Shown here in pieces: positions 56,143 to 64,000 of a DNA stretch of 64,000 nt. Each line of letters opens with the position of its first letter. Within the stretch, counting starts at the first letter, position 1. Source of the stretch: a virus (lineage: Duplodnaviria; Caudoviricetes); the IMG/VR virus record IMGVR_UViG_3300002835_000001, positions 96,001 through 160,000 of that record; one strand, written 5' to 3'. A program made the translations under genes and the position numbers. The notes beneath the pieces were generated by a model. That model had not been told where the DNA came from and ran no database searches. It saw only the letters and a program-made list of their open reading frames with translations.

Positions 56143-59100
56143 TTAAGCAATTTCTTCCAAATCACTACAATCCATTAAACCTAACGATGCACACGGTGAA
56201 GTGTAATCACTACAAAATCCACCAGGTTCAGCTTTACATGAATAAGTAGTGCCACCACCACCTCCGCCACCAGTTGGTGGTACATAAGGGTCGTTACCTC
56301 CACACCATTGGCTATTATCACATTTTCCACCTATTCCAACTACCATTCCAACATCTTCAACAAATTGGTATCCAGAAACACCATATCTATATGATGGTGA
56401 TATGGTACTACAAATGTTAATTATTATACCTCCACCTGGACCAACAGCTTGTTCGAAATCACCATAAGGTCGAGTAACGTATGTATTATCAGTTTTTCTA
56501 TATTCAATATATAAGTCTTGACCATTATTCGTTAACATACTTGTTGGGATGTAAATACTATAACAATTTCCTATACAAGCAGTAGTACTAACCACACCAC
56601 TAGTTGTAACACAACCATTAGCATCGGTAACTTCAAGACAGTACCCATATTCATCAATAGATGTGACAGATTGTGATGGTGAACCAGAAGTAACATTTGT
56701 ATATGTTGCAACTAATGTACCTCCACAAGTATTATAAGGTGCTGACGTGTCAGCATATAATCTATATGTTTTAGGGAATGCTCCACCAGTTGATGACAAT
56801 GTAATTGCACCGTCCGCACCACCATTACAAGATGCATATGTATCAACTGTAATAGTTGCGGTTTGTTCTGCAGGTTGAGTAATTACTATTGTTGTAATAA
56901 CATTTACACAACCAGCTCCGTCTTTAACGTATATTGAATATGTCCCGATACTTAAATTACTGAACAAACCGCTTGATTGGTAATTTTCTCCGTCTCTTGA
57001 ATAGGTATATCCAGAACCACTTCCGCCTGATGGACTTGATACGGTAATTGAACCGTTAGATCCACCATAACAACTTACATTAGCGGCTAATGTATTTGCG
57101 GTAGGTGCTGATTTAGTAATATTAACGTTTATTGTTGAAGATTCACAACCATTTGTGTCTCTCGCTTGTAGATTGTAGGATGTTGAACCTAAACTACTAA
57201 ATGTTCCGCTTGATTGCCAAGAACCACTGTTTATTCTAAATTGGTAATCTCCATTACCACCTCCAGCTGTTACGGTAATACTACCATTACCACCATTCCA
57301 ACAAGTTGGAGCCGACGATGAAGATAATGAAATAGTAACCACAGCTGGTTGAGTTATTACAATGGAATACGTTCTTTCGCAATTGGCACTATCTTTTACA
57401 TATAATGTATATGTTCCTGCAGATAATGATGAGTAAGATCTAGATGTTGTTAAAACTTGGTATGTACCACCCGCATTTATTTTTGTAGAATATGGACCAC
57501 CTTGACCACCTGAAGGTGAACTAACAACTATATCACCATTACTATCACCATTACATGTAACATTTGTTTGTGTGTATGTTGCGGTTACTTGTGTTCTATC
57601 TAGACCAGTTGTGTTTGTTCTAACGCAACCATCACTGTCTTTAACATATATGGTGTAAGTACCACTGCCTAGATTACTAAATGTTGTTCCGGCTTGATAA
57701 TTTGTACCATCTTTTGAATATGTGTAAGAACCGCTACCACCACTGGCACTAACAACTATACTACCATTAGTATCCCCAAAACAAGTTGGATTAGTTGTAG
57801 ATAATGTTGAACTAACAATTGTAGGTTGTGTTACTGAAACAGATGTACTTCCAACTTCACCGTAAGAATCTTTAGCATAAATTGTGTATGAACCAGCTGT
57901 TAAGCTACCAAACACATTTGATACTTGATAATTTGTACCATCTTTAGAATATGTGTAATTTGCTGTACCTCCGACAACACCAGAAACTGTTATAGCACCA
58001 TTTGTTCCGCCGTTACATGTAACATTTGTAGTTGCAGATGCCGTTACTGATATTGTAACATCGGTAATACTAATTGTTATAGTTTTATCAAATGTTAAAC
58101 CTGTACTATCGGTTACTCGTACTCTAATTGAGTATGATGATTTGGCTTCAAAGTTAAACACAACCGCACTTTTTAATACTCCCGATGCAATTGAGAAACT
58201 ACTGTTATCGGGATAAGTTGCAGTATCATGTAATGCAAATGTCATTGCACCACCTTCTTGGTCTGTAGCGGAGAATGTGCCTATTGTTGTTCCTGTTGGT
58301 ACATTCTCTGATATTGAGGCTGAACTTAATGAGATGTCTGTTGGCGCCTCATTTACGTTTGTTATTGTAATTGTAAACGTTCCTTCATAATATAATCCAC
58401 CAGCATCTGTTGTTCTTACTCTAATTGAATATGAATTTTTAACTTCACGATTAAACACAGATCCATTTCTTAAATTTGCACCACTAATATTAAATGATGC
58501 ATTATCTGTATCACCCGTACCCGCAACTAAACTATATGTAAAAGTATCTCCACTATCAACATCGGATGTTGAGAATGTTCCTATTGTTGTATTTGCTGTT
58601 GTATTTTCATCTTGTGATGCATTACTTAATGATAACGCGTATGGTGTTTCATTTACGTTATTAACATTAATTGTGAAAATTTTCGTAAATGTTTGACCTG
58701 CACCGTCGCTAGTTCTAACTCTAATTGAATATGAAGTTTTCACTTCATAATTAGGTATTGTTGCATTTTTTAATATTCCTCCACTTGTTAAAGTAAAGCT
58801 AGCGTTGTCAGTATCACCAGACCCCGTAACTAAACTAAATGTATGTGTATCACTTTCATCAAGTGTAACAGCACTAAATGTTCCTATTGTTGTACCCGTT
58901 GCGGTATTTTCATTTATTGAATCATTACTTAATAAGATATCTGTTGGTGCAAAATTAGTTGTTGGACTCGGTGTTGGTGTAGGAGTAGGAGTTGCCGTTA
59001 CGATATTTAAATCGATTTCAAAAGTACAATCACCCGTTACAGTTGGTGTAGGAGTAGGAGTTGCCGTTACGATATTTAAATCGATTTCAAATCTACAATC

Positions 59101-59892
59101 ATTTGTTGGTGTAGGAGTTGGTGTTGGTGTACTACTTGGTGTTGGAGTAGGAGTAGGGCTCGGGCTTGGTGTAGGGGTTGGAGTAGGAGTAGGGCTCGGG
59201 CTTGGTGTTGGGGTTGGTGTACTACTCGCTGTTGGTGTAGGTGTTGCAGTTACAATATTAGTATCTATCTCAAAATTACAATCACCGGTAGGTGTTGGAG
59301 TAGGAGTAGGTGTTGCAGTTACTACACTCAAATCAACACCAAAGTTACAATCTGGTGTAGGTGTTGGTGTTGGAGTTGGCGTTGCAGTTACAATTCCTAA
59401 GTCCACTTCAAAGTTACAATCTGGTGTAGGTGTTGGTGTTGGAGTAGGAGTCGCGGTTACAATTCCTAAATCAACATCGAAATTACAATCAGCTGTAGGT
59501 GTTGGTGTTGGAGTTGGAGTTGCGGTAATAAAAATTAATTCAATATCGAAATCACAATCCGGTGTAGGGGTTGGTGTTGCTGTTGCTGTTGGTGTAGGTG
59601 TTGCGGTTGGTACAGGAACTGGTAAGGAGTTAACTCTTATATCGTTTTCAATACCAACAGAACAAAAATTACCAGCAGCGTCGTATAGATAAATTCTTTC
59701 GGTGGTGTTTGGTACCTCAACTAAAACTCCGGTTCCCGTTGTTAATTGAGTGTATGTTAATCCAGTGGCAACTAATGTGCTACCTATTGGGTCAAACAAT
59801 AATGCAAGATTTCCCGCAGGTGGTAACGTAGAGTATATGCTATATATACTATTCGAAAATCCCACATCAATCCTTACATAAAAATATCTCAT
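56143..59892 (-). CDS. Large multidomain adhesin: PT linkers with Cys-strand repeats, 3 cadherin-like domains, 6 SprB repeats, Cys-rich C-terminus
   Basis: [15 protein letters not shown]...FNYE.K.SYSIRVR (cadherin); TC.G..NG.I.V...GG...YTYS.DG (SprB). Confidence 0.85.
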   Translation of the reverse strand: MRYFYVRIDVGFSNSIYSIYSTLPPAGNLALLFDPIGSTLVATGLTYTQLTTGTGVLVEVPNTTERIYLYDAAGNFCSVGIENDIRVNSLPVPVPTATPTPTATATPTPTPDCDFDIELIFITATPTPTPTPTADCNFDVDLGIVTATPTPTPTPTPDCNFEVDLGIVTATPTPTPTPTPDCNFGVDLSVVTATPTPTPTPTGDCNFEIDTNIVTATPTPTASSTPTPTPSPSPTPTPTPTPSPSPTPTPTPSSTPTPTPTPTNDCRFEIDLNIVTATPTPTPTVTGDCTFEIDLNIVTATPTPTPTPSPTTNFAPTDILLSNDSINENTATGTTIGTFSAVTLDESDTHTFSLVTGSGDTDNASFTLTSGGILKNATIPNYEVKTSYSIRVRTSDGAGQTFTKIFTINVNNVNETPYALSLSNASQDENTTANTTIGTFSTSDVDSGDTFTYSLVAGTGDTDNASFNISGANLRNGSVFNREVKNSYSIRVRTTDAGGLYYEGTFTITITNVNEAPTDISLSSASISENVPTGTTIGTFSATDQEGGAMTFALHDTATYPDNSSFSIASGVLKSAVVFNFEAKSSYSIRVRVTDSTGLTFDKTITISITDVTISVTASATTNVTCNGGTNGAITVSGVVGGTANYTYSKDGTNYQVSNVFGSLTAGSYTIYAKDSYGEVGSTSVSVTQPTIVSSTLSTTNPTCFGDTNGSIVVSASGGSGSYTYSKDGTNYQAGTTFSNLGSGTYTIYVKDSDGCVRTNTTGLDRTQVTATYTQTNVTCNGDSNGDIVVSSPSGGQGGPYSTKINAGGTYQVLTTSRSYSSLSAGTYTLYVKDSANCERTYSIVITQPAVVTISLSSSSAPTCWNGGNGSITVTAGGGNGDYQFRINSGSWQSSGTFSSLGSTSYNLQARDTNGCESSTINVNITKSAPTANTLAANVSCYGGSNGSITVSSPSGGSGSGYTYSRDGENYQSSGLFSNLSIGTYSIYVKDGAGCVNVITTIVITQPAEQTATITVDTYASCNGGADGAITLSSTGGAFPKTYRLYADTSAPYNTCGGTLVATYTNVTSGSPSQSVTSIDEYGYCLEVTDANGCVTTSGVVSTTACIGNCYSIYIPTSMLTNNGQDLYIEYRKTDNTYVTRPYGDFEQAVGPGGGIIINICSTISPSYRYGVSGYQFVEDVGMVVGIGGKCDNSQWCGGNDPYVPPTGGGGGGGTTYSCKAEPGGFCSDYTSPCASLGLMDCSDLEEIA
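58966..59630. repeat. Pro-Thr runs alternating with seven C-x-F-x-(I/V)-D-L-x-(I/V)-V-T units
   Basis: [77 protein letters not shown]. Confidence 0.9.
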
Positions 59893-59904
59893 TTACTATA
59901 CCTA

Positions 59905-60120
59905 TTAGGAATTTTGTTTTATCCAATCATAACACTCGTTTATTGTGTGAAAAACATCACTATTATAACTGTTTTCATCATCAAATATGCAAACCATATA
60001 ATCCTCGGATTCCGCGGCTTTAAATATGTTATATTCTTTATTTTCGATATTTTCAATTTCAATACTATTAGCCACATCGATTGTGTTATATAGTATATTT
60101 GTCATTTCTTTTTGGTTCAT
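59905..60120 (-). CDS. Small acidic hypothetical protein
   Basis: Start revised to ATG 60120, 1 nt after the upstream stop. Confidence 0.55.
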   Translation of the reverse strand: MNQKEMTNILYNTIDVANSIEIENIENKEYNIFKAAESEDYMVCIFDDENSYNSDVFHTINECYDWIKQNS

Positions 60121-60121
60121 A

Positions 60122-63100
60122 TTATACTGAAGGTGTTGTTGTATCACTATTATTAAATGTACCCGTATTTGTTGTTAAGTTGTAGGTTAAAGTTGCAACT
60201 CTTTGTCCCGAAGTGCCCGAATTTGTTGTTTTTAGTGTTACTACTTTAGATACAGAATTAATTTGTTCTTTGGAAGTAAATGTTGTGTTATTAAACACAT
60301 AATTTGAAGGACCCGTCATGGTACCTCCTTTATATAATGTAGCAGCAACATTTACTGGATTAGTTCCCACAGTTACATACCAGAACGCTCTTAAGTCAAT
60401 AACAATAGAAGTTTCGTTTGGATAGTCTTGTCTAAATTTAATTAAATTAACTAAAACCGATTCATAACCTGTTCCCTTATTATCTCCACCCCATCTTAAT
60501 ATTGCCGTTCCTGTTTCTGGCCATTGGAATTTCCTACCAAAACCGATATATGTTGATTGGGTTGTTTGGCCGATATTCGGAGTTACTACTCTGGTTCTCG
60601 TATCTAAATCGTTACCATTTGTAAATTGATACGTTAACGCAATATAATCTGCATCAAATGTAAATGTATTTTGACCTGTTGTAACTGTACCTGTTTTTGT
60701 ACAATTATTAGCGTCGGTTACAGTAACAGTATAAACGGTGGCTGCCGTCAATCCACTTATTGTGTGTGTTGCGGAAGATATACCAGTATATGTTGTACCA
60801 GGTGATGGTGACCAAGCATATGTATATGGTCCAGTACCATTTGCAACAGTAACCGTTGCGGTTCCATTATTACCACTTGTTGGATTGGTTGATGTAAATG
60901 CTAATGTTAAATTACATGTTTGTGTAATCGTACATGTTGATCCAGTACCGATAACATATGTGATTTTATTTTTTGGGTTTTCGGATGTTATAGAATCTAA
61001 AACTAAACTCGTAATAGGTTCATTAAAATTAACTTGACTACCGAAAGGTATAAACGTTTTTGTTTCGGTTGCTGAAGACGTTACATTAAATGTTCCTGTT
61101 AACACATTACTAGTTGTATATGCTTTAACTACCATACTTACAGGGTTATGTAATGCGGTATCGTTACCACTAGACTTACCAATAATATAAAACCCTCTAG
61201 TGGCACTTGAAGTTTGGTAACCACAAAATTCACTAAGATTAATTGTTATTGTTTCTGATCTTTGATAATAAAATGTATCTGTCTCTATCCAATCAATTAA
61301 TGGTCTATACCAACCCGTTGCCGCCTCACTATATGAGGTTGTTGTAAAACCTGTGTATAGTTGGAAATCGTTTAATGTAGTTGGGGTTTTTATAAATCCT
61401 TTTTTAAGTGATGTATTAGTATACAAACTATTTGGGTCAAACCCTTTTGTGTCTTCAATTGTATTGGTATAAATGTCAATAGAATTTTTATCAATTCCAG
61501 TTATATACCAATTACTTGAATAATCTAAATTTGTTGTTACGATTGGTTGACTTGTTGTTGTGGTTGTACTATTTGAATTTTGCATTAAATAAATTCCATC
61601 TATAGTACCATTTGTTGTGTGATAAAAAGTGCGATATGTTGATGTTCCCGATATTGCGTAATAACCATCTAATACTTTTTGACAACCATAATCGTCATAA
61701 TAAAGTTTTTTACCTATTGCGGCTCCTCCAGTTCTTGCATCATATAATACTGAAACATTTGTTGGGTTGGTTTCCACTTTTAATTCATGTGTAAAATTAG
61801 AATCTAATACTCCCACATTATTTTCACTAAATGGTGTACAATATCTACCCGCGTTTTGTGCGTATGTAACCAAAGAACTAAGTTTTTTAGTTGCTTTAGC
61901 GTTTGCGTCGTTTTGACTTATACAACTAAATTCACTTCCAGACTCCACAGTTAGAACCGTAGATTGTCCAGTTTCTAAATCACAACAACTATTATTAACT
62001 GTTTGTGTTAATGTTGTATCATTATAATAAATTGTTCCGTTACCACAATATGGTAATGGTTTACCACTTGTATATGATAGAATTACTAATTTATTGAAAT
62101 TTGTAACTAAAGTTGGGTCGTCCGCTTTTACTGAATATTGAAATTCAAATGTAATTGGGTCATCGTTTACGATTGCATTTGTATATGATAATTCTTTAGA
62201 TGTTATTTTACCTCCACTTTGTTGGTAGTAATAAACTCCATCGCAATAATATCCATTATTAATAGTTGATAAAGTAATATCTCTATAAAGGATGGTATCA
62301 TTTCCTGTTGCACTTATTTCAATGTATGGTTTATTTGTAAAATGATGTAAAAATTTCTTACATGGTTCTCTAAATGTTGTTGTTCTATTTGAAAAGATTA
62401 ATAAAAGAATGGCTGTAATTAAAATTGCGGCCGCTAAGTAAGGTATCGCCACGTTTAAAAATGCAGTTGCTTTACCACCTAATATTAACCACTTTGGTAC
62501 TAAATTTCCAATTAAATAATCAAAATAATGAGCAACAACTTGACCTATAGTAGCGTATGTTGCAGTTGATGAGGGTAATAACATTCCAATACCTAAAACA
62601 CTTGTACCTAACGCCCACTCATTTAATTTCCATTCTGTGTTATAGCCACTCACAATACCATATAATGTTTTTGATAAAGCGTGTGTGGCACCAACAATTG
62701 GGTTTGATGTTTTTGTTGCTTTACTGTATTGTGTAAAAACACTATCATTTGACAATACTTTATTTGTTTGATTAAATCCCAAATAATAACGATATTGTTG
62801 TGGTTGTGATAATGCCGATGTATTAAATATTTCTCTTAGTTTACCAACCCCCTCCATAAATGGAACGGTACACGCGTCAGATGTTTGGTCGTTAGAATAA
62901 AAAAATGATGTGGGACCTATTGTCTCTTCGGTTGCTTTTGCCTTACCAAAAAGTTTCTTTTTTACTGTGACTTGGGTTTGTGTTCCATAAGATCTATCGA
63001 ATGGTCCACCAACTTTATAAACTTTAGTACCATAACCATAATAATATGGTAATGCGGGATTTTCAAAATATGGACCACCCCATATTGGTGTGTCTGTTGT

Positions 63101-63667
63101 CCAATTTTCAATCGATATTATTGAATATAATTTTGTTTTTAATTTCGATGTGGCAGCAATCGCATCATAAGGTGAATAAACGTGTAATCCAGTTTCATAT
63201 TGATATAGTGATGTTGTACAATCATAAGACAATGTGATACTTGACGTACTGGGAGGAGTGTTGTATTTCCCTATCGCCATATTAATATTTAAAACGGACG
63301 ATTTATTTGTTTGGTCTCCATTTACGATTACATAAAATGTTTTTGTTCCACTTGTTTTATCATTTAAAATAATATTTTCAAGTGGTGCATCAAATCTAGA
63401 CATTTTATATAATGAATTTTGATCTGTTGAAACCGAAACATATCCTTTATTTGGGTCGGAAAAATTTATTGAGACATAATCAATAACACCAGTATATGAA
63501 ACTTCAAATTTTAAATAACCATAATTTTTATTACCTAATTGTAACGATTTAGTTATGTTGGCAAATTTCATATTACTAGGAAATGACCCAACATCACTAT
63601 ATGATGGTTTGTTCGAAGTAAAATCTGTCGATACAAAATTTGTTGTTACTGTATTACTATATGGCAT
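60122..63667 (-). CDS. Large tail-tip/baseplate-like protein with an internal hydrophobic segment and one SprB repeat
   Basis: 1181 aa; DUF5977-like ISQNDANAKA; SprB-like NGTATVTVANGTGPYTYAW...VTVTDANNC. Confidence 0.65.
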   Translation of the reverse strand: MPYSNTVTTNFVSTDFTSNKPSYSDVGSFPSNMKFANITKSLQLGNKNYGYLKFEVSYTGVIDYVSINFSDPNKGYVSVSTDQNSLYKMSRFDAPLENIILNDKTSGTKTFYVIVNGDQTNKSSVLNINMAIGKYNTPPSTSSITLSYDCTTSLYQYETGLHVYSPYDAIAATSKLKTKLYSIISIENWTTDTPIWGGPYFENPALPYYYGYGTKVYKVGGPFDRSYGTQTQVTVKKKLFGKAKATEETIGPTSFFYSNDQTSDACTVPFMEGVGKLREIFNTSALSQPQQYRYYLGFNQTNKVLSNDSVFTQYSKATKTSNPIVGATHALSKTLYGIVSGYNTEWKLNEWALGTSVLGIGMLLPSSTATYATIGQVVAHYFDYLIGNLVPKWLILGGKATAFLNVAIPYLAAAILITAILLLIFSNRTTTFREPCKKFLHHFTNKPYIEISATGNDTILYRDITLSTINNGYYCDGVYYYQQSGGKITSKELSYTNAIVNDDPITFEFQYSVKADDPTLVTNFNKLVILSYTSGKPLPYCGNGTIYYNDTTLTQTVNNSCCDLETGQSTVLTVESGSEFSCISQNDANAKATKKLSSLVTYAQNAGRYCTPFSENNVGVLDSNFTHELKVETNPTNVSVLYDARTGGAAIGKKLYYDDYGCQKVLDGYYAISGTSTYRTFYHTTNGTIDGIYLMQNSNSTTTTTSQPIVTTNLDYSSNWYITGIDKNSIDIYTNTIEDTKGFDPNSLYTNTSLKKGFIKTPTTLNDFQLYTGFTTTSYSEAATGWYRPLIDWIETDTFYYQRSETITINLSEFCGYQTSSATRGFYIIGKSSGNDTALHNPVSMVVKAYTTSNVLTGTFNVTSSATETKTFIPFGSQVNFNEPITSLVLDSITSENPKNKITYVIGTGSTCTITQTCNLTLAFTSTNPTSGNNGTATVTVANGTGPYTYAWSPSPGTTYTGISSATHTISGLTAATVYTVTVTDANNCTKTGTVTTGQNTFTFDADYIALTYQFTNGNDLDTRTRVVTPNIGQTTQSTYIGFGRKFQWPETGTAILRWGGDNKGTGYESVLVNLIKFRQDYPNETSIVIDLRAFWYVTVGTNPVNVAATLYKGGTMTGPSNYVFNNTTFTSKEQINSVSKVVTLKTTNSGTSGQRVATLTYNLTTNTGTFNNSDTTTPSV

Positions 63668-63671
63668 CTAT

Positions 63672-63679
63672 TATAAATA
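63672..63679 (-). promoter_or_regulatory. TATTTATA motif
   Basis: 4 nt upstream of ATG 63667. Confidence 0.55.
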
Positions 63680-63699
63680 TTATTTTCATTTTTTTATCA

Positions 63700-64000
63700 T
63701 TAACAATATATAAATCCGGCGGGTCCACATAAACCGTATTTGGTTGCTGCTCCTGACGTTAATTGGTAAATTATTGGTGTTACTACATTACTTTCCGATT
63801 CTTTATAGAATCCGTTATCTGCAGGTATTGTTAGATTTTCATCTTGATACCACGTGATTGATTCAAATCCATCATTTATATAATCTGTCGAATTAAAGTA
63901 TACCTTTCTTGTTGATAAACATGCTAAACAAATATCATTTAAATCACTATTTTCAGGATAATAACAGAAGTCTTTAGTTATCACATTATTTTTCTTAATT
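63700..64000 (-). CDS. 3' end of a gene entering from beyond the window (Cys-containing C-terminal domain)
   Basis: Frame is open upstream of the GTG to the window edge. Confidence 0.6.
   Translation of the reverse strand, partial: IKKNNVITKDFCYYPENSDLNDICLACLSTRKVYFNSTDYINDGFESITWYQDENLTIPADNGFYKESESNVVTPIIYQLTSGAATKYGLCGPAGFIYC

Noticed and set aside
1-64000. Stop-codon reassignment (as in some Bacteroidota jumbo phages)
   Set aside because: Genes up to 1640 aa are intact under the standard code and tile densely; frames after TAG/TGA stops that I checked close quickly
1-64000. tRNA/rRNA genes, introns, inteins, transposases or integrases
   Set aside because: No cloverleaf or T-loop signature, intein motif or recombinase motif recognised by eye; intergenic gaps are short (tRNAscan-SE would confirm)

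Overview
AT-rich, almost entirely minus-strand 64-kb segment of a large tailed (probably contractile-tailed, jumbo-type) bacteriophage. Several features point to a Bacteroidota host: a Bacteroidetes-type primary sigma factor, NusG, ClpP, an Hc1-like protein, SprB repeats and TAnnTTTG promoters. Read in transcription direction (right to left), the window has four blocks. (1) 49.8-64 kb: baseplate/tail-tip and adhesin genes with SprB, cadherin and Pro-Thr repeats. (2) 41.9-49.8 kb: replication/recombination genes (RuvC-like resolvase, primase, PD-(D/E)XK exonuclease, SbcD, SbcC, DEDDh exonuclease). (3) 27.3-41.8 kb: host-takeover, lysis and putative head genes (ClpP, sigma, amidase, Hc1, Dam-like MTase, NusG, AAA ATPase, Trx, Grx). 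(4) 0.8-27.3 kb: a tail-fibre/receptor-binding array. The most striking structure is that array. It is a repeated cassette: a long fibre ending in a shared C-terminal domain, then 2-3 small lectin-type adhesins (LamG, Gly-rich, C1q) that share an N-terminal strand motif, plus one family-specific small companion gene. Other notable signals are a strand-specific TATTTAT(A/T) putative late promoter, a possible ~70-nt promoter-to-terminator RNA or attenuator before primase, an A10/A_AAA_AAG -1 frameshift candidate, and an apparently re-partitioned SbcCD. Family assignments come from motif recognition, not database searches.
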